A stretch of 64,000 nt of DNA. It comes from Candidatus Anderseniibacteriota bacterium (lineage in GTDB: Bacteria; Patescibacteriota; Andersenbacteria; UBA10190). Location: assembly GCA_021414205.1 (NCBI GenBank), contig JAIOOW010000003.1, positions 195,370 to 259,369 of the forward strand, in the 5' to 3' direction. The translations under genes were made by a program, and so were the position numbers. Each line of letters begins with the position of its first letter. Position 1 is the first letter of the stretch. Below the pieces are notes generated by a model. It saw nothing but the letters and a program-made list of their open reading frames with translations, was not told the origin of the DNA and did no database searches. Shown here one piece after another: positions 30,207 to 40,639 of the stretch.

Positions 30207-31340
30207 TTAATGCGCCACTTCTACGTTAATTTGGCTGAGATTCGATGGGGTAGAGGAGACCCAGAACGGCCAGAATTTGATATCGACGCTCCCGATGCTC
30301 GGAAACGATGTGAAGTGGTCGTTGAGCTCTTGTTTTGATAATCCTGCCAAATTATTCTCAGATAATTCTGTTGAACCGATTTTTTTCGCGTATGTTCCGG
30401 TAAGAGTTGCGGATACTTTTGCCTGGCCCGTTGCCCAATCGGTTTGAGAGATTTTTAGGGAAAACGATGCCGGGTCGTACGAGAGAAATTCCTCATCTGG
30501 CGCAACGTCTGCCCTCAGCGCCAGCGTCATAAGGCTCACAATATCGTGAGAATCTACGATAAATTCTTTTGCTTGCACTGTTGCGCTTGCAGTGTAGCTA
30601 ACGGCGTGGCTACCAGCTTGCACAGACGCATCGTTGCTTTCCGTGTTTACGGATAATAAATCTTGGCGAATTTCAGCGCCGCCCGCTTGTTGTTTTATTT
30701 TGTCGAGTGCTTGCGCTGTCGCATCATCTAATGCCGACTTTTTAGCATTATCGATGTCTTGCTGAGAGATGGTCTGTGCGCCTACTTGGCCTCCAGAAAA
30801 TTGAGACGTGCTTACCGCATATACCACTTTTTGAAGTCCGGGAGAAAATTTATCTATTAAAAATTTCCCCGGAGCTACGTCGCCTGATGATCCTGTCTGT
30901 TCCGCAGTTATGGATGCATCGACGGTCCCTTGAGGAGGAATGATGACGGGGTTATCGGTAAGAAACATTGTTCCGTTTGGTTCGTATCGCAAGTGCGTAT
31001 GAGGCAGTAGCCGCTGTTCTGTGTCCTGATTATTCGTAAACGTCACCGTTCCTTTCGAATTGCCTTGCGTAATATCTCCCCCTGATTGTTGGACTGTTTT
31101 TTGCGCAGTTCCTTCTTGCGTTATTATTTTTGCAGGAAGCGCATAGTGAATATAGTCAGGGGTAGTACTTTTTGAAGACAGAAGGATATCTTTTGAAACG
31201 TTTCGCTGAGTGATTTTTGGATGAACGGTAATTGTTGCATGAGGAAGCGTCGTACCAAGTACGATAACAATTCCCCCAAGCACGCACAGCGTTATGAGTG
31301 CAAAGACACTTCGTTTCGGTAAAAAAACTTGAATAGCCAT
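30207..31340 (-). CDS. Hypothetical membrane-anchored protein (baseplate J-like region possible)
   Basis: N-terminal TM, A.ITVHP, G.VTFTN, AEQTGSSGDV and PFWV..TP; starts just after dnaE. Confidence 0.65.
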   Translation of the reverse strand: MAIQVFLPKRSVFALITLCVLGGIVIVLGTTLPHATITVHPKITQRNVSKDILLSSKSTTPDYIHYALPAKIITQEGTAQKTVQQSGGDITQGNSKGTVTFTNNQDTEQRLLPHTHLRYEPNGTMFLTDNPVIIPPQGTVDASITAEQTGSSGDVAPGKFLIDKFSPGLQKVVYAVSTSQFSGGQVGAQTISQQDIDNAKKSALDDATAQALDKIKQQAGGAEIRQDLLSVNTESNDASVQAGSHAVSYTASATVQAKEFIVDSHDIVSLMTLALRADVAPDEEFLSYDPASFSLKISQTDWATGQAKVSATLTGTYAKKIGSTELSENNLAGLSKQELNDHFTSFPSIGSVDIKFWPFWVSSTPSNLSQINVEVAH

Positions 31341-31344
31341 AGTG

Positions 31345-34300
31345 TTACGTTGGAATGCGAATTGATTGCCTGCCAATAATGTCGGCAATTGCTGAAACCG
31401 TATCATCGCTAAGGGTAATGCGATAGGGGGTAGAGATGGTGGCCACGGAGCCCCCGCGAGGAATGTGCAGTGTGACGGGAATGCCGTTCGCGTCAACCTG
31501 CTTTTCTGAAAGTACGACGCGCAATTTTTCTAAGTCATCTCGTGACACTGAAGAGGAAAGAGAAAGTGTTACGGTCGGTCGTCGTTTTTCGCTTTGAGGG
31601 ATTGCGGGCTCCGCTGCTGCAGATTCTTTCGTAAGCGGGCGCACTTTATTCGCCAGCACTTTCGCTTCACCATCCTTATCTGAGAGCGTTCCATCGACGA
31701 TAATTTTTGCGCCATCTATCCAGAGAGACCCAGTTTCTTCGAGCAGTTTAGGAAATACTAATATTTCCGCCGCGTGCGATAAGTCTTCTATCGTAACGAA
31801 CAGCATGGGCTTCCCACTCTTGGTAATAATCTTTTTCATGCGAGAAATGATCCCTGCAATCCTAATGGTTGCGCCGTCTCGCCCGGTCGTAACGGATGCG
31901 ACAGGAGATGCGATTCGATCCATGATAGATACGTATTCTCGCAACGGGTGTTCGGAAATATATAACCCAAGCAATTCTTTTTCCCAGCCTAAGCGCTCAT
32001 CTTGCGTGCTTGGTGTTGCTTGCTGTAGCGTAATCTTTGGTTCTGGAAGAGGCTTGCTCGATGTTCCAAATAAATTCTTTTGTCCGGCGTCTGTTTTTCT
32101 GTGCAGTGCGCGATTAAAATCAAGTAGCGCGTCTGCATTTGCAAGCACTTCATTGCGATCGGTGAATAAGTCGAATCCGCCTGCTTTCGCCAAGCTTTCA
32201 ACTGTTTTTTTATTGAAATCTTTCGCATTTATTCTTCTAAATACGTCGAATAAATCCTTGAATGGTCCGCGGGCAGTTCGCTCCTCAATGAGCGCCGTCA
32301 TTGCGTGGGTTCCTACGTTTTTTACGGCAGATAATCCGAATCTGATTGCCTGCGCATCGTCTTTTATTTTTACAACGGAGAAGTCCACTTCGCTTTCATT
32401 CACGTCAGGAGGGAGGACGGGAATGTTGAGCGTGATTGCGTCGGCTACTTCAATTGCTTGCCGGTCGGTATTTCCTTGATCGGATGTTAGTAGTGCGGCC
32501 ATAAATTCTGCAGGGTAGTGCGCTTTAAGGTACGCCGTGTGATATGCAATCATGGCGTAGCATGCGGCATGCGCGCGGTTAAATCCATATCGGGCGAAGG
32601 GTTCAATGAAATCCCATACAGCCTGGGCTGTTTTTTGATCAACGCCCTGGGTTTTAATTGCTCCTGCAATAAATTTCTCTCGTTGTTCGTCCAGTAATTC
32701 TTTAATCTTTTTACCTACTGCTTTGCGCAAGATGTCCGCTTCAGCATAGGAGAAGCCAGAGAATTGTCGGGCAATCATGAGCACCTGGTCCTGCGTTACG
32801 ATAACGCCGTACGTTTTTTCCAGAATTGGTCTCAGCGTAGGGTGCAGGTATGTAATTTTTTTTCGTCCGTGTTTCGCGGCGATGAAATCAGGAATAGAAT
32901 CCATCGGTCCTGGGCGATAGAGAGCAACCATAGAGATAATATCCTCGAATTCAGAAGGTTTTAATTCTTTTAAGTAGCGTCTCATGCCAGAGGATTCTAA
33001 CTGGAACACTCCGATCGTTTTTGCTTGTTGGAGAAGTTCGTACGTTGCGGTGTCTTTTACGGAAAGAGTATCCAAGTTAATTTCTACGCCGTGCAGTTTT
33101 TTAATAATTTCTAATGCTTTTTGCAAAATTGTTAAGTTCTTGAGGCCCAAGAAGTCCATTTTCAAAAGCCCCAGTGCTTCCACTGCTCCCATCGCATATT
33201 GCGTCACGGTGTCTTTTGAGCCGTCTGATGTGCTCGATAGCTGCAAGGGGACATATTCCGTTAATGGCTTGTCGGTAATTACCACGGCAGCAGCGTGGGT
33301 GCTGGCGTGCCTACATACGCCCTCAAGTTTTTTTGCCATGTCGATTAATTTTTTCGCTTGCGGATCTTTGGTATACAAATCTTTTAATTCGCCGTCTTGC
33401 GACAATGCTTCTTCGAAGTTTGTAAATTGAGGAATAGCTTTTGCAACCTGGTCGCAGAATGAATACGGCATTGCCATTGCGCGGCCAGCATCGCGTACCG
33501 CAGCGCGTGCGGCCATTGTTCCGAATGTAATAATCTGTGATACGTGCTCTGCCCCATATTTTTCTCGCACATAATCAATGACCTCGCCACGGCGATCGTC
33601 CGCAAAGTCCAAGTCGATGTCGGGCATGCTTACGCGTTCCGGGTTCAAGAATCGCTCGAACAATAATTCGTATTGAATTGGGTCGACGTTGGTAATATTG
33701 GTAAGGTAGGCAACGAAGCTTCCTGCAGCGCTTCCTCTTCCTGGGCCAACGAAAATACCTCTGCTTTTTGCTTCCATCACAAAATCGGAAACGATCAAGA
33801 AGTACGCAGAGAACCCTGTCTGGGAAATAACCCCTAATTCATAATCGAGGCGTTCAAGAGCGCCTTCTGGAATTTTTTTGTCATATCTTGTCTTGAGTCC
33901 TTTTTCACATAATTCGCGCAGTGCTTGATCGGGTGTTTTTTCTTTTGGAAGAGGGAAGCGAGGGAGCTGATTTTTGTAGAATTCGAATGTTACATCACAC
34001 ATGTCTGCAATTTTCTGCGTATTATCCACCGCTTCAGGATGTTCTTTCCATGCCTCCTTTAATTCTTCGGGGCTTTTGAGCGAGTAGTCTTCGTCCGTCA
34101 TACTCATTCTATCTGTTTCGTCTACTGTTCTGCCTGTCTGTACGCAAATAAGCACGTCTTGTGCGGCAGCGTCTTCGGGGTGAATGTAGTGCGAGTCGGA
34201 TGTTGCAACTAATCCCACGTTATATTTTTTTGCGAGCTTGATTAATTCCGCATTTAACTTGAGCTGATCTGGAATATTCGGATGGTCTTGCACTTCCAAA

Positions 34301-34815
34301 TAAAAATGTTCTTTGCCAAATAATTCCAAGTGCCACTTAATTAAATTCTCCGCATCTTCCATGCGATTACCCATGATTGCTCGGGAGATATCGCCGTTCA
34401 AGCATCCGGATAATACGACCAAGCCCTCATGATGTTGTTCTAGTAATTCGTAATCAATCCTCGGTTTGTAGTAGTAGCCTTCGAGGAACGCTTTTGTTGA
34501 AAGCTGTATCAAGTTTTTATAGCCAGTATTGTTTGAGGCGATGAGGGATATGTGCCTTGGGTTGGCATCCATTTTTCCGCGCTTGTTGTGCCTGCCGTTC
34601 GGCGCTAAGTATCCTTCCATGCCGATAATTGGTTTAACTCCAGTGCCTTGCGCTGCCTGCACAAATTCTATAGCAGAATACATGGAGCCATGGTCCGTAA
34701 TAGCAAGGCTATTCATGCCTAATTCTTTTGTGCGAGCAACTAATGCATTAACTTTACCCAATCCGTCAAGCAACGAGTAGTGAGAGTGGACGTGCAAGTG
34801 AGTAAAGTCGTTCAT
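31345..34815 (-). CDS. dnaE: DNA polymerase III subunit alpha
   Basis: HLHVHSHYSLLDG, GRGSAAGS, FERFLNPERVSMPDIDLDF, KMDFLGL and YGFNRAH. Confidence 0.97.
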   Translation of the reverse strand: MNDFTHLHVHSHYSLLDGLGKVNALVARTKELGMNSLAITDHGSMYSAIEFVQAAQGTGVKPIIGMEGYLAPNGRHNKRGKMDANPRHISLIASNNTGYKNLIQLSTKAFLEGYYYKPRIDYELLEQHHEGLVVLSGCLNGDISRAIMGNRMEDAENLIKWHLELFGKEHFYLEVQDHPNIPDQLKLNAELIKLAKKYNVGLVATSDSHYIHPEDAAAQDVLICVQTGRTVDETDRMSMTDEDYSLKSPEELKEAWKEHPEAVDNTQKIADMCDVTFEFYKNQLPRFPLPKEKTPDQALRELCEKGLKTRYDKKIPEGALERLDYELGVISQTGFSAYFLIVSDFVMEAKSRGIFVGPGRGSAAGSFVAYLTNITNVDPIQYELLFERFLNPERVSMPDIDLDFADDRRGEVIDYVREKYGAEHVSQIITFGTMAARAAVRDAGRAMAMPYSFCDQVAKAIPQFTNFEEALSQDGELKDLYTKDPQAKKLIDMAKKLEGVCRHASTHAAAVVITDKPLTEYVPLQLSSTSDGSKDTVTQYAMGAVEALGLLKMDFLGLKNLTILQKALEIIKKLHGVEINLDTLSVKDTATYELLQQAKTIGVFQLESSGMRRYLKELKPSEFEDIISMVALYRPGPMDSIPDFIAAKHGRKKITYLHPTLRPILEKTYGVIVTQDQVLMIARQFSGFSYAEADILRKAVGKKIKELLDEQREKFIAGAIKTQGVDQKTAQAVWDFIEPFARYGFNRAHAACYAMIAYHTAYLKAHYPAEFMAALLTSDQGNTDRQAIEVADAITLNIPVLPPDVNESEVDFSVVKIKDDAQAIRFGLSAVKNVGTHAMTALIEERTARGPFKDLFDVFRRINAKDFNKKTVESLAKAGGFDLFTDRNEVLANADALLDFNRALHRKTDAGQKNLFGTSSKPLPEPKITLQQATPSTQDERLGWEKELLGLYISEHPLREYVSIMDRIASPVASVTTGRDGATIRIAGIISRMKKIITKSGKPMLFVTIEDLSHAAEILVFPKLLEETGSLWIDGAKIIVDGTLSDKDGEAKVLANKVRPLTKESAAAEPAIPQSEKRRPTVTLSLSSSVSRDDLEKLRVVLSEKQVDANGIPVTLHIPRGGSVATISTPYRITLSDDTVSAIADIIGRQSIRIPT

Positions 34816-34923
34816 GGCCTTCAAGTATACCGCGCAGGAGGTAAAAGAATAAAGATGATTTTAAAAGAAAAGGCACGCTTCGAATTGCTTCGATGCGTGC
34901 CACTAAGCGTGCGCTTGTTGTAA

Positions 34924-35223
34924 CTAGGCGGGTACCACGTCGATCGCCTCGTATTGCGGAATGTGTATAATTGCAAACTCGCGAATAACGTCTCCAAGTG
35001 TTTTGAACCAGGCTTCCCGTACCTGCTGATCGCAATCAGCAGGGGATTCCACCTTTGCGGTAATTTCTGATCCCCTGGCGGAGTCTCTGGGAATTTCAAC
35101 AGTAATGTCATCCAAGGTAAGTCCGATTTTTGGGTGGATTTGGACAGTTCCACACAGTTCCTCCGCAAGGCGATCGAGGGGGATACCCTGGGGAATCCCC
35201 GTAACAGTTATCTTCATTTCCAC
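34924..35223 (-). CDS. Hypothetical protein (99 aa)
   Basis: GTG start with AGGAG SD; a TATAAT box upstream. Confidence 0.55.
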   Translation of the reverse strand: MEMKITVTGIPQGIPLDRLAEELCGTVQIHPKIGLTLDDITVEIPRDSARGSEITAKVESPADCDQQVREAWFKTLGDVIREFAIIHIPQYEAIDVVPA

Positions 35224-35338
35224 AGTCTGGTACTCCTGAAAAGGGCGGGTGGTTCAACTAAAACAGCAGCTCAATCAACGAAGAATTATTATATATAAAT
35301 CAGGAAAAAACAAGAAGGCATATGGTATGATGTGGTAT

Positions 35339-36133
35339 ATGAGCATGCATCGGGTCGTAAAAAAGACGCTATATGCTGGAGGGTTCGGACTTTTTGTATG
35401 CTTGATATTGTTTTTGATTATTTCTCCGTTTTTACCGAAAAAACAAAACACTGGCCCGGTTGTGACTCCGGAGCCGCTGCAGGCAATTGCTGTTGAAAAC
35501 ATCGTTGCAATTCCGCATATTGATGAGCCGGGCCCAACTGGAAAAACAGTCGACGTGGTTGCACGGCTTCGCAATAATAATCCGCGCGCAGGGACGGGCG
35601 ATTACCCGGTGACGTTTCAACTAAAAGATTCTTCGGGCTCCGTCATTCAATCAGTGACGCAGCATGAGTATGTGCTGCCAGGGGCGATCGGATATGTTGC
35701 CGCGCTTGATATACAGGTTCCGCCAGGCACGACGTATGATCACGCCGAAGTGGTGACGCCGAAAGACGTGCAGCTTATGACGATTCCCGACTCAGCGCCC
35801 ACACCTCAATTCAGCGTGTTTCTGCAGGATAGAACATTGATAGCTTCCGGCAATTTTCCATACGAACAGCAGACGGGAATTGTGACGAATACGTCGTCGT
35901 TTGATTGGCATGTCGTAGACGTCGTAGCAGTTGCGCTTGATGATAATGGGGCAATTATAGGGGTTGGTAAAAGTACAGTAGGCAAATTGCTGGTCGGCGA
36001 GCAGCGTCAGTTTACGCTGCAATGGCCTCGTCCGAATGCAAAAACAAACAGGGTGATTGCCATCGCCACTACGAACATGTTTAATGATTCCAATTTTGTA
36101 AATATCATTGGCGATCCGAACGCATTGCGGTAA
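35339..36133 (+). CDS. Hypothetical membrane-anchored protein
   Basis: N-terminal TM and a beta-rich domain; start 7 nt after TATGAT. Confidence 0.75.
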   Translation: MSMHRVVKKTLYAGGFGLFVCLILFLIISPFLPKKQNTGPVVTPEPLQAIAVENIVAIPHIDEPGPTGKTVDVVARLRNNNPRAGTGDYPVTFQLKDSSGSVIQSVTQHEYVLPGAIGYVAALDIQVPPGTTYDHAEVVTPKDVQLMTIPDSAPTPQFSVFLQDRTLIASGNFPYEQQTGIVTNTSSFDWHVVDVVAVALDDNGAIIGVGKSTVGKLLVGEQRQFTLQWPRPNAKTNRVIAIATTNMFNDSNFVNIIGDPNALR

Positions 36134-36142
36134 AACAAATAC

Positions 36143-37264
36143 ATGAGGTTTTCTGACGTATTGCGTTCAGCTGATTGGGTTATTGTAGGGTGCGTAGCAC
36201 TGCTCGCCAGCATCGGGCTTGCCATGCTTGCTTCTGCCACGGATTCTGGGCAAGCGCTATCGCCGTTATTGTATCGTCAGGCAATTGCTCTTGCCCTTGG
36301 CTTTCTTGTGCTGATAGTAACAATGAGGATCCCGTATCATACGTGGAAGCGTTTTGCTCCGCTGTTATTCGGAGTCGGGGTCGTAAGCCAGATCGGGTTG
36401 GCGATTGCCGGGCGAGCTATTCGAGGAACTGTGAGTCGAGTGGATATTTTGGGATTCCAGATTCAGCCATCCGAATTCGTAAAAGTTGCGCTAGTACTCG
36501 TGCTCGCGCTAGTACTTTCTAAGTATGGAAGGCTCGGGTGGAGGCAAATCGGGATTACGTTCGGCATTATTGCCATACCTGTTTTCTTGGTATTGCGAGA
36601 GCCGGACTTGGGGATGGCAGCCGTTATGATGAGCGCCTGGATTGGAATGCTGATCGTATTCGGGCTGCCGTTTCGCACCTTTGTGGCTATTTGTTTAATA
36701 GGGAGTTTAGCATTTGCCGGGGCGTGGAATGGGCTATTGTTTGATTATCAGAAAAAAAGAATTTTAACGTTTCTGCATCCGACTGCTGACCCGCTTTCAA
36801 CGGGCTATAACGTAACGCAATCTATCATTGCATTAGGTTCCGGGCAATTATTTGGCAGAGGATTAGGGCATGGTCCGCAATCGCAGCTAAAGTTTCTTCC
36901 CGAACAGCATACTGATTTTATTTTAGCCAGCGTAGGGGAGGAGTTAGGCTTTGTCGGGATCGCATTAATATGTGCGCTCTACGGCATATTGCTATGGCGA
37001 GTGATTATTATCATTCGAAGCGTAGACGATCCATTTGCCCAATTAGTGGGAACCGGGGCGTTTTTCCTTTTAATAACGGGTTTTACCGTAAATGCAGGAA
37101 TGAATATGGGATTACTGCCCGTAACCGGAATTCCGTTGCCGTTTATCAGTTATGGAGGGTCTAACTTATTAACATCCTGTTTTTTACTGGGACTAGTCGA
37201 GTCGTTAAAGATTCATAGTAGATTTACCCAGCAAGCTCCTCGAGAATTGAGCTCATTTATTTAA
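36143..37264 (+). CDS. rodA: SEDS family peptidoglycan glycosyltransferase RodA/FtsW
   Basis: QPSEF.K, EPDLG, FLPEQHTDFI, GEELGF and LPVTGIPLPFISYGGS. Confidence 0.92.
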   Translation: MRFSDVLRSADWVIVGCVALLASIGLAMLASATDSGQALSPLLYRQAIALALGFLVLIVTMRIPYHTWKRFAPLLFGVGVVSQIGLAIAGRAIRGTVSRVDILGFQIQPSEFVKVALVLVLALVLSKYGRLGWRQIGITFGIIAIPVFLVLREPDLGMAAVMMSAWIGMLIVFGLPFRTFVAICLIGSLAFAGAWNGLLFDYQKKRILTFLHPTADPLSTGYNVTQSIIALGSGQLFGRGLGHGPQSQLKFLPEQHTDFILASVGEELGFVGIALICALYGILLWRVIIIIRSVDDPFAQLVGTGAFFLLITGFTVNAGMNMGLLPVTGIPLPFISYGGSNLLTSCFLLGLVESLKIHSRFTQQAPRELSSFI

Positions 37265-37354
37265 AATCGAACACCATTTGTGTTCGGAAAACGTACGAAA
37301 TCGGATTGACATGAAGCGTTTTTTGGACTATGATAAAGAACATACAAGCACCCT

Positions 37355-37678
37355 ATGGAACTCGACGAAAACGTACATTTTATATCTCGATGCCCCTTTT
37401 GTAGCGCAGAATACGATCTGGATGGCGCGCGGGTAATCGGAGAAGAGGAGGACGCTACGGTAGTGTATGTTACCTGCTCAAAATGCGAGAGTTCTATCGT
37501 TGCAATGGTTGCCATGACTGGCCTTGGAATTGTGAGCTTAGGGCTAGTTACAGACATGACAGCAGAGGATACTAAGAAGTTTTTCGGGGCTAAAGAGGTT
37601 TCTGGCGACGAGCTTCTTTCTATGTACGAAATCTTAAAAGAAGATCAAAACGCCCTACGGGCATTGACGAAAAAATAA
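37355..37678 (+). CDS. Hypothetical zinc-ribbon protein
   Basis: CPFC...CSKC and G.VTDMTAED. Confidence 0.75.
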   Translation: MELDENVHFISRCPFCSAEYDLDGARVIGEEEDATVVYVTCSKCESSIVAMVAMTGLGIVSLGLVTDMTAEDTKKFFGAKEVSGDELLSMYEILKEDQNALRALTKK

Positions 37679-37702
37679 GGGTAGGCTACGCTGATAACTC
37701 AT

Positions 37703-38386
37703 ATGGCTGACAAGTTTACTATTGCTGCCCAATCACGAGATTCCCACATCGGGGAGCTTCGTCGTGCTGGCAACGTTCCTGCAGTGCTATACGGCCACGG
37801 GATCGAAGCGCAGAGCATTTCTATTGAAATGCGGGAATTTATGAAACTTTTGCCAAAAGCAGGGTACACGACGATTATCAACTTGAAATTAGACGATAAG
37901 AAAGAGCATCCGGTATTTATCCGAGACGTTCAATTCCATCCAGTCAAGAGCACTGTGATGCATGTTGATTTTTACCAAGTACGAATGGATGAAAAGGTTA
38001 CTGCAAAGGTCCCTCTTAAATTCGTTGGAGAAGCTCCTGCTGTGAAAGATATGGCTGGTACGCTTGTACGAAGCATGGACGAACTTGAAGTGGAAGCGCT
38101 TCCAATCGACTTGCCTCACGAACTTGAAGTTGATATTTCTACGATTAAAGACTTCGATACGCAATTACATGTTTCAAATATCATATTGCCAAAGGGTGTA
38201 GTTGCTCTTGCAGAAGCAGACGAAGTAATTGCGCTTGTGCAGCCACCACGATCTGAAGCTGAAATGGATTCTCTGTCTGAGGAAGTGAAGGAAGACGTAG
38301 AAGCAGTTGAGGGCGTGAAGAAGGAAGAGCCTGTTGAAGGTGAGGCTGCTGAAGGAGCAGAAGCAAAGCCGGAAGAAAAGAAATAA
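37703..38386 (+). CDS. rplY: 50S ribosomal protein L25/Ctc
   Basis: LRRAG.VPAVLYG, VQFHPV and HVDFY. Confidence 0.95.
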   Translation: MADKFTIAAQSRDSHIGELRRAGNVPAVLYGHGIEAQSISIEMREFMKLLPKAGYTTIINLKLDDKKEHPVFIRDVQFHPVKSTVMHVDFYQVRMDEKVTAKVPLKFVGEAPAVKDMAGTLVRSMDELEVEALPIDLPHELEVDISTIKDFDTQLHVSNIILPKGVVALAEADEVIALVQPPRSEAEMDSLSEEVKEDVEAVEGVKKEEPVEGEAAEGAEAKPEEKK

Positions 38387-38417
38387 TAAAAAAGGAGAGT
38401 AATTACTCTCCTTTTTT
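38386..38417. terminator. Bidirectional terminator between rplY and prmC
   Basis: Perfect palindrome aaaaaaggagagtaattactctcctttttt. Confidence 0.7.
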
Positions 38418-39188
38418 ATTTGCTGTGATAATCTCTCCGCCAACTGTTTCTATGATTGCGGGGACGTTGTTTTCTTGGGAGTATCTGAGTATTTGATTTA
38501 CAAACTGAAGTCCGTCTTCGCCACCATCTAATGCAATGCGAGGCTCAAATAAAAGCCCTCGAGTATCTTGGGTAGAATCTCCAGCTGCCAGTTCTTCAGT
38601 GGGGATATAAGGCGGATTACTGACGATCAAGTCTACGTTTCTATTCAAAATAGGGGAGAGCATGTCGCCCTGCAAAAATTCTATTCTGTCTGCAACGCCA
38701 TGCTTTTCTGCATTTTGCTGTGCGATTTTTAAGGCGGCGGGGGATATATCCGTAGCGATGATATGAATATTTGGAAGCTCTAGCGCGAGTGTTGTTGCGA
38801 TAATTCCAGACCCAGTGCATATATCGGCAATAAGAATTTCTTGGGTAATATCAAAATTATTTTTTATATAATCCAATGCCGTATCTATCGAAGCTTCTGT
38901 GTCCGGGCGGGGGACGAGGACATTAGGGGTAACGATAAACGTCCGTCCGTAAAAATCAGCATGACCTAAAATATATGCCAACGGCATGCCTGTTTTGCGC
39001 TTTTCCGCCATTTCTAGAATGGTTTGGAGATTTTGCTCAGTAATAACATCTTCGCCGTGGGCGAGTAGGTAACTGGCGTCGTCTTTTGTAAGGATATGCA
39101 AAAGAATACGCTGCGCATCCAGTTCGGGCGCATCGGAAATAGTTCGCAGGGATGCTGCGACGTTCTGTTGTGCTTCGTGAATGGTCAT
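38403..39188 (-). CDS. prmC: Release factor glutamine methyltransferase
   Basis: VLVPRPDTE, D.CTGSG, VSNPPY and ALDGG.DG. Confidence 0.95.
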   Translation of the reverse strand: MTIHEAQQNVAASLRTISDAPELDAQRILLHILTKDDASYLLAHGEDVITEQNLQTILEMAEKRKTGMPLAYILGHADFYGRTFIVTPNVLVPRPDTEASIDTALDYIKNNFDITQEILIADICTGSGIIATTLALELPNIHIIATDISPAALKIAQQNAEKHGVADRIEFLQGDMLSPILNRNVDLIVSNPPYIPTEELAAGDSTQDTRGLLFEPRIALDGGEDGLQFVNQILRYSQENNVPAIIETVGGEIITANKKGE

Positions 39189-40258
39189 CCTACCGCGGCT
39201 AATCGTAATTCTCGATCGGCGTTGCGGATATCGGTGAAAATTGGATCCAGCGCCCCTTCCATAATAAGTTCGATACCGCTCCAGGATTGTTTAATTCTGT
39301 GGTCCGTAATTCGGTCTTGCGGGAAGTTGTATGTGCGGATTTTTTCAGAACGATCTGCCGTTCCAATTTGCGCCTTGCGGGCAGATGCTTCTTTAGCATG
39401 GATTTCCTCTTCTCGTTTTGCCATAAGGCGAGCGCGCAAAAGGCTCATCGCCATTTCGCGATTTTTATGCTGACTTCGTTCATCTTGGCACGCCACTACC
39501 GTATTGGTCGGGATGTGGGTAATGCGGATTGCGGAGCTCGTTTTATTAACGTGCTGGCCTCCGGCACCACTCGCTCGATAGGTGTCGATACGCAAATCTT
39601 CAGGTTTAATTTCCATATCCACTTCTTCTGCTCTTGGCAGAATGGCCACGGTAATGGTTGATGTATGTACACGACCCATCTTTTCTGTAGTCGGGATTCG
39701 CTGTACGCGGTGTACGCCGCTTTCAAATTTTAAGTGGCCATAGACCTCGTCTCCTGAAATTTCGACAATTGCTTCTTTGATTCCGCCGTGCTCTCCTTCG
39801 GATTTGCTAATAGTGGATACTTTCCACCCCTTCACTTCTGCATAGCGAATATATGCGCGAAGGAGCTCCCCGGCAAAGAGACCCGCCTCATCTCCGCCTG
39901 CACCAGCTCTAATTTCCATGATAACGTCGCGGCTGTTTCGCGGATCTTCCGGAATGAGTAATTCTTCTAATTTTTTTTCTAATTCAGCTTTTTTAGTAGT
40001 TAACGTATTCACGTCGTCTTGGGCGAGCGCTTTCATTTCTTCGTCTGCATCAGGGGAATTCGCCAATTCAGTGCTTGCTTGCAGTTCGTCCGTAACATTT
40101 TTCAATTCTTGTCCAGCCTCAAGGACCTCTCGCGTATGGCGAAGTTTATGAGAAAGCTCTTTTATGATGCTGGACTGCTTCATGACAGCCGGGTCGCTCA
40201 TCTTTTGGGTAAGAGAGTCGATTTCGTCTTGCAATGCCTTTTCCGATGGAATATTCAT
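39185..40258 (-). CDS. prfA: Peptide chain release factor 1
   Basis: GVHRVQRIPTTE (PxT), GAGGQHVN and RSEKIRTYNFPQ. Confidence 0.96.
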   Translation of the reverse strand: MNIPSEKALQDEIDSLTQKMSDPAVMKQSSIIKELSHKLRHTREVLEAGQELKNVTDELQASTELANSPDADEEMKALAQDDVNTLTTKKAELEKKLEELLIPEDPRNSRDVIMEIRAGAGGDEAGLFAGELLRAYIRYAEVKGWKVSTISKSEGEHGGIKEAIVEISGDEVYGHLKFESGVHRVQRIPTTEKMGRVHTSTITVAILPRAEEVDMEIKPEDLRIDTYRASGAGGQHVNKTSSAIRITHIPTNTVVACQDERSQHKNREMAMSLLRARLMAKREEEIHAKEASARKAQIGTADRSEKIRTYNFPQDRITDHRIKQSWSGIELIMEGALDPIFTDIRNADRELRLAAVG

Positions 40259-40282
40259 AGGCGCCCGCATGCGGGCCGAGAT

Positions 40283-40576
40283 CTACTTAGAAAGCTTTAC
40301 TTCAGCGTCTTTCTTGGTAGTCTTTTTCGGAGCTTTCTTTGCTTTTGCCTCTTTTTTCTGTGCTTTGAGGGTATCGGTTTCTTCCAGTCGCTTCTTGAAC
40401 TTATCAACACGGCCGGCAACGTCTACGAGCTTCTGCTTGCCTGTGTAGAATGGGTGGCAGTTAGAGCATACTTCAACGGAAATAGCTTCTTGAGTTGAGC
40501 CAGTTACAAAAGTGTTGCCACATGCGCAGGTGACAGTTACATCGGTAAAATAGGTTGGGTGGATATCGGTTTTCAT
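40283..40576 (-). CDS. rpmE: 50S ribosomal protein L31
   Basis: MKTDIHPTY and [10 protein letters not shown]. Confidence 0.96.
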   Translation of the reverse strand: MKTDIHPTYFTDVTVTCACGNTFVTGSTQEAISVEVCSNCHPFYTGKQKLVDVAGRVDKFKKRLEETDTLKAQKKEAKAKKAPKKTTKKDAEVKLSK

Positions 40577-40639
40577 AGGATTTCATGAGTATAGGGTTTT
40601 CACTTGATTTTTGCAAGCATTTCTTCTATCATGTACTTT

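Noticed and set aside
30207-31340. Phage baseplate gene
   Set aside because: Only a weak resemblance; it is membrane-anchored, co-oriented with dnaE and thrS, and has no phage neighbours.
31345-34815. Inteins or introns in dnaE (also checked gyrB)
   Set aside because: Lengths and motif order are standard and no splice motifs are seen.
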